Source: Gammaproteobacteria bacterium | GTDB taxonomy: Bacteria > Pseudomonadota > Gammaproteobacteria > Eutrophobiales > Eutrophobiaceae | Length of the DNA: 64,000 nt | Direction of reading: 5' to 3' | Assembly (NCBI GenBank): GCA_963422205.2 | Contig: CAXMWX010000003.1 | Coordinates: forward strand, 29,623 to 93,622 | Part shown: positions 1-9,730 of the stretch, piece by piece | Layout: every line of letters starts with the position of its first letter | How positions within the stretch are numbered: position 1 is the first letter of the stretch | Position numbers and translations under genes: made by a program | The notes under the pieces: model-generated | Told to the model about the DNA's origin: nothing | Seen by the model: only the letters and a program-made list of their open reading frames with translations | Database searches by the model: none

Positions 1-1
1 G

Positions 2-271
2 AAGATCACCGCACCGGAAAAACTGATGCTGGCAGCAGGTGAGCAGGTCAGGCTGCTGATCCGCCCGGATGATATTTTACACGATGATGCCAGTGACATG
101 CTGGCACGGGTGGTGGATAAAAATTTTCGCGGGGCTGAATTTTTATACACCCTGCAGATGCCAGACAGCGGCGAGACATTATTAAGCCTGGTACCCAGCC
201 ATCACGATCATGCAATCAACGAGGAGATTGGCATCCGGCTTGACATCGATCACTTTGTCACCTTTCGCTAG
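2..271 (+). CDS. ABC transporter ATP-binding protein, C-terminal fragment (5' end outside the window; FbpC/PotA-type regulatory OB/TOBE domain)
   Basis: The frame is open from the window edge to TAG at 269-271. The tail (RLLIRPDDIL...FRGAEFLYTL...IGIRLDIDHFVTF) resembles the C-terminal domain of iron(III)/polyamine importer ATPases. Confidence 0.55.
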   Translation, partial: KITAPEKLMLAAGEQVRLLIRPDDILHDDASDMLARVVDKNFRGAEFLYTLQMPDSGETLLSLVPSHHDHAINEEIGIRLDIDHFVTFR

Positions 272-344
272 TATTTGACTATGACAATCCTTGAGTCTGA
301 TGGCCATCAGCGGGACGATCAGCGGCTTGACAAGGCCGGATAAT

Positions 345-381
345 CATTGAATATTTAAAATTATAATTTAAATATTCAATG
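345..381. repeat. Perfect 15-bp inverted repeat CATTGAATATTTAAA-N7-TTTAAATATTCAATG in an AT-rich spacer
   Basis: Read directly from the sequence. It lies between the upstream ABC ATPase stop and the DUF4143-type ATPase ORF, so it could be an operator or a weak terminator. Confidence 0.6.
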
Positions 382-416
382 ATAAATAAATGCGGCGAAC
401 GGCTTTTTAGAGCAAA

Positions 417-1457
417 TTGAGGTTTTTTTTTCAGAGTCATCCCATGGTCGGGATCCTGGGGTCGCATCAGTGTGGCAAGACGACCCTGGCACGGCATTAC
501 ATTGCAACCCTGACGGGCGAGCCGGTGCACTACTTTGATCTGGAAGACCCGGAACATCTGAATCGCCTGTCAGATCCGGGCCTCGCCCTGGGTTCGCTGG
601 AGGGGTTGATTGTTATTGACGAAGTCCAGCGCCTGCCGGAATTGTTCCCCCTGTTGCGGGTATTGATCGATCGGCGACCGAGCAAACAACACTACCTGAT
701 TCTGGGCAGTGCTTCCCGCGATTTGTTAAGGCAAACTTCCGAATCACTGGCTGGCCGCATCATCTATCTTGAGTTACCCCCGTTTACTCTGTTCGAAGCA
801 GATAATCTGCAACGGCTGTGGCTGCGTGGTGGTTTCCCGCCCTCGTATCTGGCCAAAACCCATGCCAACAGCCTGGCCTGGCGCAAAGCCTACCTGACGA
901 CTTTCCTGGAGCGGGAGCTGCCGGCCCTGGGAGTCGATTTTGCCGCGGCGATCATGCGACGCTTCTGGATGATGCTGGCCCACTGGCACGGCAACTTATT
1001 CAATGCTTCCGAGCTTGCCCGCTCACTGGATGCCAGTTCGCCGACAATCAAACGCTACCTGGATATTCTTTCAGGCAGCTTCATGATTCGAACATTACAG
1101 CCCTGGTACGCCAATATCCACAAACGGCAGATAAAATCTCCCAAGCTCGGCGCATCATGGGAGGGCTTTGCCCTGGAGCAAGTGATACATCTCTACCGGG
1201 CGGCGGCGGAATGTTTCTTCTGGGGTACTTACACCAATGCAGAGTTGGATTTATTATTGGTTCAGGGCGATAAAAAAACGGCGTTTGAATTCAAGTATAC
1301 ATCAACGCCCAAAGTCACCCGCTCCATGCACTCGGCCATTGATGATCTGGAGTTGGATGAAATCACCCTGGTTTATCCGGGCAGGGATACGTATAAACTC
1401 TCTGACACTGTCCGTGTAGCACATCTTCAGTATTTGACAGTAGAAAGATTTGGCTAA
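417..1457 (+). CDS. AAA-family ATPase with DUF4143-type C-terminal region, possibly degenerate
   Basis: P-loop GSHQCGKTTLARHY and a Walker B-like LIVIDEVQRLPE. The tail ...KSPKLGASWEGFALEQ... is typical of the AAA_14/DUF4143 family. The N-terminus is short (TTG at 417 or ATG at 444) and the segment usually found between KSPK and GASWEGF seems to be missing. Confidence 0.6.
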   Translation: MRFFFQSHPMVGILGSHQCGKTTLARHYIATLTGEPVHYFDLEDPEHLNRLSDPGLALGSLEGLIVIDEVQRLPELFPLLRVLIDRRPSKQHYLILGSASRDLLRQTSESLAGRIIYLELPPFTLFEADNLQRLWLRGGFPPSYLAKTHANSLAWRKAYLTTFLERELPALGVDFAAAIMRRFWMMLAHWHGNLFNASELARSLDASSPTIKRYLDILSGSFMIRTLQPWYANIHKRQIKSPKLGASWEGFALEQVIHLYRAAAECFFWGTYTNAELDLLLVQGDKKTAFEFKYTSTPKVTRSMHSAIDDLELDEITLVYPGRDTYKLSDTVRVAHLQYLTVERFG

Positions 1458-1513
1458 TGTGGCCCGGGTGAGCGCATCTCATTATGGCACGCTGGTCTCG
1501 CCGTTGGTTTATA

Positions 1514-2257
1514 TCAGCTTGCACAGACCGGGCAATGCCTGTCACGCGGCAGGCGGGCTGTTTGCCATTCCATCGCCAGGGCGTCAAACAACAGCAGCCG
1601 GCCTTCCAGCGGCTGACCAATCCCCATGATGACCTTCATGGCCTCCAGTGCCTGCATGCTGCCAACAATACCCAGCAAAGGGGCGATTACGCCATTAGCC
1701 GTGCAGGTCTCTTCAACGGCTGAGGCGTTCGTATACAAACAGCGATAGCAGGGCGATAGATCATTGTTCGGGTTAAAGACGCTGATCTGTGCTTCAAAGC
1801 GAATCGCCGCCGCGGTGATGAGCGGGGTTTTATGGGTGACACACGCACGGTTGATGGCAAAGCGGGTCGCAAAGTTATCGCTGGCATCCACCACCACCGA
1901 GGCTGTGGCGACCTGGTGAGCTAGTGCCTCATCGCCTAATGCCTGACCGATGGTGGTCAGTTGCAAATCAGAATTTAAGGCGTGCAGATGCTCCCGTGCC
2001 GAGTCCACCTTCAGCCGCCCTATGTCTTTTTCCTGATGCAGGATCTGGCGTTGCAGATTGGACAGATCGACTGTATCAAAATCGACCAGAATCATGCGCC
2101 CAATCCCGGCGGCGGCCAGATAGATAGCGGCCGCTGAGCCAAGCCCGCCCGCCCCGATCACCAGCACAGTTGCCTCGGCCAGCTTCAGTTGCCCGGCCGC
2201 ATCGATCTGCGGCAGCATCATCTGTCGGCTGTATCTGAGTAGTTGCTCATCGTGCAT
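1514..2257 (-). CDS. moeB: Molybdopterin-synthase adenylyltransferase (HesA/MoeB/ThiF family)
   Basis: LRYSRQ...VLVIGAGGLGS nucleotide-binding motif, CxxC pairs (CYRC, CPVC), and a position after prmC as in the Pseudomonas hemA-prfA-prmC-moeB block. Confidence 0.8.
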   Translation of the reverse strand: MHDEQLLRYSRQMMLPQIDAAGQLKLAEATVLVIGAGGLGSAAAIYLAAAGIGRMILVDFDTVDLSNLQRQILHQEKDIGRLKVDSAREHLHALNSDLQLTTIGQALGDEALAHQVATASVVVDASDNFATRFAINRACVTHKTPLITAAAIRFEAQISVFNPNNDLSPCYRCLYTNASAVEETCTANGVIAPLLGIVGSMQALEAMKVIMGIGQPLEGRLLLFDALAMEWQTARLPRDRHCPVCAS

Positions 2258-2472
2258 GGTGGGTATGGAAGCGGGGCGGTAATGGGCGGCTGGCTGTCTT
2301 TATGTGCGCTTATCTTCGCCGGACTTGCCTTCGCAGTTCCGCCAGCGCCGTTTGTCCTCCGGCACGGCGATATCATCCTGCTGATAACAGGCATACAAGT
2401 GCTGCAACATGGTGTGCCAGGTATAGATAGCTGGCCTCTCATGCCCTGCTGCTGGTGCGTTTTTTTGCTCGG

Positions 2473-3306
2473 TCATTGCTTACCCGTGGTCACTCGCTCA
2501 TGGCCTGCATAGTCATCTATCGTCTGGATATGGGTATACTGATACCGCCGCATACACGCCCTCACGCTGCCCGCCTGTGTACTGCCATGTTCAAGCAGCA
2601 ACACGCCACCTGTATGCAGATGCTGCCGTGCCTGTTTGATGATCGCAAACAGACAATCCAGGCCATGGTGTCCGCCGTCCAGGGCTAATCTCGGCTCATG
2701 ACATAGTTCAGCGGTCGCCAGGCACGGATCATCCGAGCGGATATAAGGCGGATTAGCGGTGATGTAATGAAATTCTCTCCCGGCCAGTCCGGCAAATAAA
2801 TCCGACTGTACCATGCTGACATTATGCACGGCCAGATGGTGGCGATTCTGCGCTGCCATGACCAGGGCCGCCGTACTGATATCGCTGGCGATGACGTCAA
2901 GCCCGGGCCTGGATTGGCCTATGGATATGGCAATAATGCCGCTGCCTGTGCAGAGATCCAGCAGATTGCCATTGCTGGCTGTCGGGATGATCGCCAGTGC
3001 GGTTTCAACCAACACCTCGGTCTCCGGTCGGGGTATCAGGGTGGCCCGGTTGACCTTGAACGGCAGTGATAAAAATTCCTTTTTGCCGGTAAGGTAGGCG
3101 ATGGGCAGGCCCCGTTGCCGGGCGGCAATCATGCGCTGATAGTCGGCGATAATTTTTCCGGTCGGCTGAAACTCAGGATGGGCATAAATAAAGCAGCGAT
3201 CCTGTTGCAATAATTCAGCCAGTAACACCTCACAGTCAAGCCGTGCGCTGGCGATATTCACCAGCTGCTGGCTGGCCTTGTAAATCAGATCGGCGATCGT
3301 CTCCAT
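2473..3306 (-). CDS. prmC: Release factor glutamine N5-methyltransferase
   Basis: DLCTGSGIIAI SAM motif and the NPPY catalytic motif (ITANPPYI). It lies immediately downstream of prfA. Confidence 0.92.
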   Translation of the reverse strand: METIADLIYKASQQLVNIASARLDCEVLLAELLQQDRCFIYAHPEFQPTGKIIADYQRMIAARQRGLPIAYLTGKKEFLSLPFKVNRATLIPRPETEVLVETALAIIPTASNGNLLDLCTGSGIIAISIGQSRPGLDVIASDISTAALVMAAQNRHHLAVHNVSMVQSDLFAGLAGREFHYITANPPYIRSDDPCLATAELCHEPRLALDGGHHGLDCLFAIIKQARQHLHTGGVLLLEHGSTQAGSVRACMRRYQYTHIQTIDDYAGHERVTTGKQ

Positions 3307-3327
3307 CAGCTTGCCAGTGCGTGTTTG

Positions 3328-4410
3328 TCAATCGGCCAGGGCAGCCAGCTGATCTGCCTGATACTCATTATTCAACGGCTCTATCACCATGCTCAAGTCA
3401 CCCCGCAGAAAGTCTTCCAGTTTATACAAGGTCAGGTTAATCCGGTGATCAGTTACCCGCCCCTGGGGAAAGTTATAGGTGCGAATGCGCTCAGAGCGAT
3501 CGCCAGAGCCCACCAGATTGCGGCGATTCTGCGCCATCTCGCTGGTTTGTTTTTGCTGTTCGGCGGCCAGCAGCTTGGCCTGCAATAACGACCTGGCACG
3601 AGCACGGTTTTTATGTTGCGAGCGCTCATCCTGACATTCCACCACGATGCCGCTGGGCAGGTGCGTAAGGCGCACGGCAGAGTCGGTCTTGTTGACATGC
3701 TGCCCGCCCGCACCGGAGGCGCGGTAGGTATCGACTCTGACATCTGCCGGATTGATCTTGACCTCATTGATCGCATCTGCTTCCGGCAGCACGGCCACGG
3801 TGCAGGCGGAGGTGTGGATTCGTCCCTGCGATTCAGTCTCTGGCACACGCTGTACCCGGTGAGCGCCCGATTCAAACTTCAGCTTTGAATACGCCCCCTC
3901 GCCGATAATGCGTAAAATAATCTCTTTGAACCCTTCCAGATCACTTTCGGCCCGGCTGATGATCTCAACCTGCCAGCCCAGGGTCTCGGCATAACGACTG
4001 TACATACGCATCAGATCAGCAGCAAACAAGGCGGCCTCCTCGCCACCCGTACCGGCCCTGATCTCCAGAAAAATATTGCTGTTATCTGCCGGGTCCGCAG
4101 GCAGAAGCAAGCCTTGCAGCTTGTTCTGAAGATGTGTGTTTTCCGCCTCTGCCGCCGTTAATTCTTCCTGTGCTAATTGTTGTATGTCCTCATCATCATC
4201 CGCCAGCATCTGTTTTATGTTTTGTATGGATTCAAGGCTCGCCTGGCAGCGATAAAAGCAATCCACCACCGGCTTGATATCGGCCAGCTCTTTGCTGAGC
4301 GCACGAAAGCGATTTTGATCGTTAATCACCTCGGTGCTGGCTAACAAGGCATGCAATTCGTCCTGCCGCTGTGTCAGTTTTTCCAGTTTATCCAGCAGGC
4401 GTTGTTGCAT
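3328..4410 (-). CDS. prfA: Peptide chain release factor 1
   Basis: GGQ motif ([19 protein letters not shown]) and an RF1-type tripeptide region ([13 protein letters not shown]). Confidence 0.97.
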   Translation of the reverse strand: MQQRLLDKLEKLTQRQDELHALLASTEVINDQNRFRALSKELADIKPVVDCFYRCQASLESIQNIKQMLADDDEDIQQLAQEELTAAEAENTHLQNKLQGLLLPADPADNSNIFLEIRAGTGGEEAALFAADLMRMYSRYAETLGWQVEIISRAESDLEGFKEIILRIIGEGAYSKLKFESGAHRVQRVPETESQGRIHTSACTVAVLPEADAINEVKINPADVRVDTYRASGAGGQHVNKTDSAVRLTHLPSGIVVECQDERSQHKNRARARSLLQAKLLAAEQQKQTSEMAQNRRNLVGSGDRSERIRTYNFPQGRVTDHRINLTLYKLEDFLRGDLSMVIEPLNNEYQADQLAALAD

Positions 4411-4471
4411 TTAACAGGGAGTCGGTTATGCAAATGGACAAGGTATCAGTCGATAGCCGCAGCCAGAAAGG

Positions 4472-5752
4472 CTAGTGCTGATCTTTAGCAGGCGTATCGG
4501 CGGCCGACAGGTCAAATAGCTCTCGTGCTGCCTGTAACAGGGCCTCATCGCCGGCTGCACCGAACTCGTTCAGTTTGGTGCTGGGTCTGTGCAGCAGCTT
4601 GTTGGTGAGCGAACGGGTAACTTCCCGCAGCAACCTTTCCGGGTCTTGCCCCTGCTGCAATTTTTTCAAGGCAAGCTGTAACACCTGTTGTTGAATCTCG
4701 GTGGCCTGATCACGAACAGCGCGGATGGTCGCCACCGCTTGCAGGGAGTTTATCCAGTGCATAAACTCATCTGCCTGCCGAACAATGATCTGCTCCGCCT
4801 CCAGGGCAGCTTTCTTACGCAAGTGCAGATTCTCATCGACGAGGGTCTTCAGATCATCCACCGTATACAGATAAGCATCTTCAAGCTCCTCTACCTCGGG
4901 TTCAATATCGCGCGGCACTGCTATATCGACGATAAACATGGGGCAATGTTTACGTCTCTTCAGTGCCGTCTCAATCGCACCTTTACCCAGGACGGGCAGC
5001 GGGCTGGCGGTACCGCTGATAATCACGTCAACCTCATCCAAGTATCTGGGGATATCGTGCAGCGTGATGGCAACAGCCCCGTACTGTGCTGCCAGCACCT
5101 GCGAGCGTTCCAGCGTGCGGTTGGCAATGATCATTTTTCTTAAACCGCTGTTGTGCAGATGTTTGATGGTCAACTCGATCATCTCACCTGCACCTATAAG
5201 CAGTGCACGAGAGGCCGATAAATCACCAAAGATCTGTTGTGCCAGCCGCACGGCCGCATAGGCGACCGAGACCGGATGCTCACTGATGCTGGTATGGCTG
5301 CGAATCTGCTTGGCGACTTTGAATGAATATTGAAACAGCCGGCCCAGCAGCTTGCCGATGCTGCCGGTCTGCATGGCAACTTCATAAGCCTGCTTTAACT
5401 GCCCTAAGACCTGTGGCTCCCCCACCACCAGCGAATCCAGGCCGCTGGCCACCCGTAATATATGTTTGACCGCATGATCGTCCGGGTGCTGGTAGATAAA
5501 TTGCGCCAGTTCCTCTGGCTGATAGCCATGAAAATCCGAGAACCAGTGCAGCGGCCAATCGCTGTGATTAGCCGCCACATCACAATAGATTTCGGTACGG
5601 TTGCAGGTGGATAAAATAGCGGCCTCTTGTACAATGTTATCCTGCGTTAGCTCGCCCAATGCCGCTGGCAGCACCTGACTGGGAAACGTGACCTTTTCAC
5701 GGATCTCAAGCGGTGCCGTGTTATGGTTTAACCCTAAAGCTAATAAAGTCAT
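4472..5752 (-). CDS. hemA: Glutamyl-tRNA reductase
   Basis: N-terminal LALGLNHNTAPLEIREK...STCNRTEIY active-site Cys motif, 426 aa, upstream of prfA. Confidence 0.96.
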   Translation of the reverse strand: MTLLALGLNHNTAPLEIREKVTFPSQVLPAALGELTQDNIVQEAAILSTCNRTEIYCDVAANHSDWPLHWFSDFHGYQPEELAQFIYQHPDDHAVKHILRVASGLDSLVVGEPQVLGQLKQAYEVAMQTGSIGKLLGRLFQYSFKVAKQIRSHTSISEHPVSVAYAAVRLAQQIFGDLSASRALLIGAGEMIELTIKHLHNSGLRKMIIANRTLERSQVLAAQYGAVAITLHDIPRYLDEVDVIISGTASPLPVLGKGAIETALKRRKHCPMFIVDIAVPRDIEPEVEELEDAYLYTVDDLKTLVDENLHLRKKAALEAEQIIVRQADEFMHWINSLQAVATIRAVRDQATEIQQQVLQLALKKLQQGQDPERLLREVTRSLTNKLLHRPSTKLNEFGAAGDEALLQAARELFDLSAADTPAKDQH

Positions 5753-6006
5753 TGTACTTGGGCTGCCAGGGACAGCGTATCGGCAATAGCGGTATTTGCA
5801 TGTGCTATTTTAGCAGCTGATTGTCGGTGAATCTGCATAATGAAACAAGCCGTTTTAGCGGGTATAATACAGACTACTATGCCGATAAATAAAACGAAAT
5901 TCCGTCTCTTTCACATAAAGCCGGCGTTGACCTGGCTGGCCGGTGTGCTTGCCGTTTGCATCAAAAGGCCATGCGTTGACCGCATCTGGTCTCCCATGCT
6001 GCATGT

Positions 6007-6022
6007 CCCCCCCCCCCCCCCC
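6007..6022. repeat. Homopolymeric C16 (G16 on the minus strand) tract in the hemA / glycosyltransferase divergent intergenic region
   Basis: Counted directly: 6001 gcatgt + 16 c + gaaaatcg. The tract ends 39 nt before the ATG at 6062. Confidence 0.95.
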
Positions 6023-6061
6023 GAAAATCGGTGATAGCGGCGATAAATCACAACAGCAAAG

Positions 6062-6910
6062 ATGCCGCAAATCGCGCTATTCGTTATTAACCTAAAGAGA
6101 TGCGCCGAGCGCCGGGCCCACATGGAAGACCTGCTTGGCCGAATGGGCCTGCACTATGAGTTTATCGAGGCGGTCGATGGCAATACGGTAAGCGAGAGTG
6201 CATACCTTGAAATGCGGCAGAGCAGCATCGACTGGGCAAGAAAATACTCTCGCAAGCCGCTCAGCAGGGGCGAGGTTGGCTGTCTGCTCAGTCATTTGCA
6301 AGCCTATGAAAAAATCCTGGCAGATAACATCGATTACGCCTGCATCATGGAAGATGATGTGGTGATCCATCACCCGGACAACCTGCGCTGGGTCTTGCAA
6401 GCAGAGCACCTGTCGGCCTTGAATGAGCGCACGCCTTTTGATCTTATTTATCTGTATCTGGGTTTTCAACGTTTCAAGCGCTTCAATCGTTGGCGCCAGG
6501 CACTGTTCCCCCATGTGACCGATGCCGATTTGTTTTCCAGATGGCCGAAGATAAAAGCCAAACCCGGGCTGTATTTGAGCAAACCCTGCCATAATTTCTG
6601 GGGGGCGGTTGCTTATCTGGTCAATCGAGATGCCTGTAGTGCGCTGTTGCAGCAAGGGCGGGCTGTACACCGGCCAGTCGATGTGCTGACAGCTTGCGCT
6701 ACATTACTTGGCCTACGGCAATACTACCTCAATCCGCTGCCGGTCGGCGTGCTGAATACCATGCCAAGCACCATTATCGATGAGGGCCGATTTTTCGAGC
6801 ACGTGAAATTTGATACATCATACTGGCGCACTGCGATTGCATTTGCATGCCAGAAGGCTGGGATCATCAGCCTGCACCACATGCTGAAAAAGCTGACACA
6901 TTACGATTAG
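6062..6910 (+). CDS. Glycosyltransferase family 25 (LPS/LOS biosynthesis, Lic2/LgtB-like)
   Basis: N-terminal FVINLKRCAERRAHME... and GEVGCLLSH...DYACIMEDDV are typical of GT25 enzymes. The gene is inserted into the conserved divergent hemA / TPR-lolB locus. Confidence 0.8.
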   Translation: MPQIALFVINLKRCAERRAHMEDLLGRMGLHYEFIEAVDGNTVSESAYLEMRQSSIDWARKYSRKPLSRGEVGCLLSHLQAYEKILADNIDYACIMEDDVVIHHPDNLRWVLQAEHLSALNERTPFDLIYLYLGFQRFKRFNRWRQALFPHVTDADLFSRWPKIKAKPGLYLSKPCHNFWGAVAYLVNRDACSALLQQGRAVHRPVDVLTACATLLGLRQYYLNPLPVGVLNTMPSTIIDEGRFFEHVKFDTSYWRTAIAFACQKAGIISLHHMLKKLTHYD

Positions 6911-7225
6911 CGGCCAGGTTGACCAGATGCAGGCATAACCGCCCTGTTCGGCCCTTGGCAGCCGTCTTGCCGAGGATGATGATTTGCCAGGCCGGTTGTC
7001 TTAAAAACATGACATCAACTGCCCCGCACCATTTAACAGGCGTGCCATTGATCTGCTTTTAAGCTACTGATATTTATATAAAAATTTATCTTATCGCCAG
7101 GCAATGACAGCGGGCGTATATCCGAGGTGCAGTTATTGAATGCGAAATTCTCTCGCAAAAACGCTACTATGCGGCATATCGTTGATATTGCCCTGCTGGT
7201 GCAGGCGGTTAAAATACTTAACAAG

Positions 7226-9031
7226 ATGATGAGAAAATCAGCCCCCATATACCGTGCTCTGCCGGTGCTCGCCCCGGTTCTTGCCTTGACCTTGGGCTTG
7301 ACTGCCTGTACCACCTTGCCCCCCGTTGATAAGCAGGCCGAGCCAGCCGCTGCCCCCGCCATGCCTGAACAGACAGCCGCCCCACAGGAAGCGAGAGAAA
7401 TTGAAGCGGCAAAAGCTGTCCAGATTGCCCCCGTCAGACCGAAGATAGAACTCAGCGAGGCACTGCTGTATGAATTGCTATTAGCTGAATTTGCCGGCCA
7501 TAACGGTGAGCTGGCTACGGCGGCTGAAACGTACCTGTCGCTGGCACAAAGTATCCAGGACCACAAGCTGGCCGAGCGCGCCACCCGCATTGCGGTCTAT
7601 GCCAGAGAAGATCAGGCGGCGGCAGAGGCCGCAACGCTATGGGCTGATCTTGACCCGCTCAACCCGGATCCTCATCAGGTGCTGGCGGTGATGGAACTGC
7701 GCCAGGGCAATATGGAAAAAACAGTCATGCACTTGCAGAGCATACTGGATTACTCGCATGGTGAGTTGGATCAGAAATTATGGATGATCGCCAACATGCT
7801 TGGCCGAGAGCGGGATGCAGAGCTGGTGCTGGATGTCATGGAAGAGTTGGTCGCCACGCATCACAGCTCAGCAGATGCCTTGTATGCTTTTGCCCATGTT
7901 GCTGCCCGTCTGGGCGATCTTGAAAGGTCAAGGCAGCTGTTCGCTGAAACGCTGGTGCTGGCTCCGGGGAACGATAATGCGGCCTTGAGCTATATCTCCG
8001 TGCTGCAAAAACTGGGCGAGGTGCAACCGGCATTGCAATGGCTTGAGCAAAGACTGGCAAACGAAGCGAGGGATAATTTCAATCTGCGTATGGCTTATGC
8101 CAGGCTGCTTGCCGAGACCAGACGCTATGATGATGCCCGCCAGCAATTTGAGTTGTTAGCCGTGCAATCGCCGGCCAATAATGAAGTGCTGTATGCCCTG
8201 GGCCTGCTGTATTTGCAATCCAACCGGCTGGATGATGCCCGGGTTTATTTTGAGCGGCTGACTGAAAAGAGCGCACAAACTGACAATGCTAACTATTATC
8301 TGGGGCGCATCAGCGAGGAGGAAAAAAATTATCCGGCGGCAAGTGGCTGGTATGAAGGCGTGCATAAAGGTGAAAACTATTTTGATGCACGAATCAGGCT
8401 GGCCTTGTTGCAGGCAAAGCTGGGCGATGTTGAAAAAGCCCGACAGGCGTTGCGTTTGATAACGACCGCCAATGAGCAGCAGATGGTTATCTTGGTGCAG
8501 GCTGAGGCTGAATTGCTGCTTGAGGAGAAGCGTTATCATGAGGCGCTGGAGGTGTATAACCGGGCCTTAACCGATAACGACAATACGGATCTGCTGTATG
8601 CCCGGGCGATGGTCGCTGAGAAGCTGGACCGGCTGGATATCGTTGAGGCCGATTTACGCCGAATCTTGGCACAGGAGCCGGATCATGCCAGTGCCTTGAA
8701 TGCGCTGGGCTATACGCTGGCAGACAGAACGGCACGCTATGACGAAGCCTATGGCCTGATCAAGCAGGCGCTGGCGCTTAATCCGGCTGATTTTTATATC
8801 CTCGACAGCATGGGCTGGGTGCTGTATCGGCTGGGCCGACTGGATGAGGCCATCACGTACTTAAAACAGGCGATGGCCTTGCGCCAAGACCCGGAAATTG
8901 CCGCCCACTTGGGCGAGGTGTTGTGGGTTAAAGGCGACAAGGAGGCCGCCCGGGCAGTGTGGGAAAGTGCCTTGAAGCTGACGCCGGACGATGCTGTGTT
9001 GCTGGATGTCATCAAGCGGTTTCAAAATTAA
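7226..9031 (+). CDS. Tetratricopeptide-repeat lipoprotein
   Basis: Signal peptide with lipobox (LALTLGLTAC) after the internal ATG at 7226, then many TPR-like helical repeats. It lies upstream of lolB as in Pseudomonas. Confidence 0.8.
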   Translation: MMRKSAPIYRALPVLAPVLALTLGLTACTTLPPVDKQAEPAAAPAMPEQTAAPQEAREIEAAKAVQIAPVRPKIELSEALLYELLLAEFAGHNGELATAAETYLSLAQSIQDHKLAERATRIAVYAREDQAAAEAATLWADLDPLNPDPHQVLAVMELRQGNMEKTVMHLQSILDYSHGELDQKLWMIANMLGRERDAELVLDVMEELVATHHSSADALYAFAHVAARLGDLERSRQLFAETLVLAPGNDNAALSYISVLQKLGEVQPALQWLEQRLANEARDNFNLRMAYARLLAETRRYDDARQQFELLAVQSPANNEVLYALGLLYLQSNRLDDARVYFERLTEKSAQTDNANYYLGRISEEEKNYPAASGWYEGVHKGENYFDARIRLALLQAKLGDVEKARQALRLITTANEQQMVILVQAEAELLLEEKRYHEALEVYNRALTDNDNTDLLYARAMVAEKLDRLDIVEADLRRILAQEPDHASALNALGYTLADRTARYDEAYGLIKQALALNPADFYILDSMGWVLYRLGRLDEAITYLKQAMALRQDPEIAAHLGEVLWVKGDKEAARAVWESALKLTPDDAVLLDVIKRFQN

Positions 9032-9106
9032 CGCTACCCAGGCCGCCGCCCTGATGCCTTCGCTGGCCGCTGCCAAGCAGTGAAATAATCTCACCCGCCT
9101 CGCCGC

Positions 9107-9730
9107 TTGCATACCGTGCCTGTCTATCTCCTGCTGGTTTTATCAGGCGCTCTGCTGCTGTCTGCCTGTGCCGATTTGCCCTTGGTGAAACAGCAAGAGA
9201 CCGCCAGCACGGAGGACTGGCGGGCAAAACAGGTACGCCTGCTGGCATTGCAGGACTGGGACTTGACCGGTCGTATGGGCTTGAAGCTGGCGGGCATCTA
9301 TGGGCGGGGCTTCAGCGCCACGTTAAAATGGACGCAGCAGCAGCAGGACTACCGCGTGTTGTTGATAGCCCCCTTCGGCCGAGGCACAGCCATGCTGTAC
9401 ACCAACGATAACGGCGTGACCCTGCATACCCATGATAATCAACAGCTAAGTGCCGCCTCGCCGGAAGAGTTATTACAACACCACTTTGGCTGGACGCTGC
9501 CGGTTAAGGGCTTAGCTTACTGGATCAGGGGGATCCCGCAGCCGGGAATCCCGGTGCATGAGTTGCTGCTGGATGGGCAGCAGCGACTTAAACGCCTGCA
9601 ACAATCCGGCTGGCAGATCCGCTATGGGCAGTATGGGCAGGCAGGCCAGTATGAATTGCCCACCCGGCTGCACCTTGACCATGATGAGATCAGCGTAAGG
9701 CTGGCGGTAACACAATGGCTGTTAGAGTAA
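9107..9730 (+). CDS. lolB: Outer-membrane lipoprotein LolB
   Basis: Lipobox LLLSAC and about 200 aa, directly upstream of and overlapping ispE. The start is TTG at 9107 or GTG at 9116. Confidence 0.85.
   Translation: MHTVPVYLLLVLSGALLLSACADLPLVKQQETASTEDWRAKQVRLLALQDWDLTGRMGLKLAGIYGRGFSATLKWTQQQQDYRVLLIAPFGRGTAMLYTNDNGVTLHTHDNQQLSAASPEELLQHHFGWTLPVKGLAYWIRGIPQPGIPVHELLLDGQQRLKRLQQSGWQIRYGQYGQAGQYELPTRLHLDHDEISVRLAVTQWLLE

Noticed and set aside
2258-2472. 215-bp gap between prmC and moeB with small minus-strand ORFs (74 codons, and a 36-codon MLQHLYACYQQDD...).
   Set aside because: No RBS, motif or conservation is recognisable to me. It is probably intergenic.
5840-6034. 64-codon ORF that reads the C16 tract as a PPPPP stretch, in the same frame as the GT25 gene.
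   Set aside because: A TGA at 6032-6034 separates it from the GT25 ATG, and no tract length I tried fuses the frames. There is no RBS and the sequence is not protein-like. I treated it as non-coding leader or promoter DNA.
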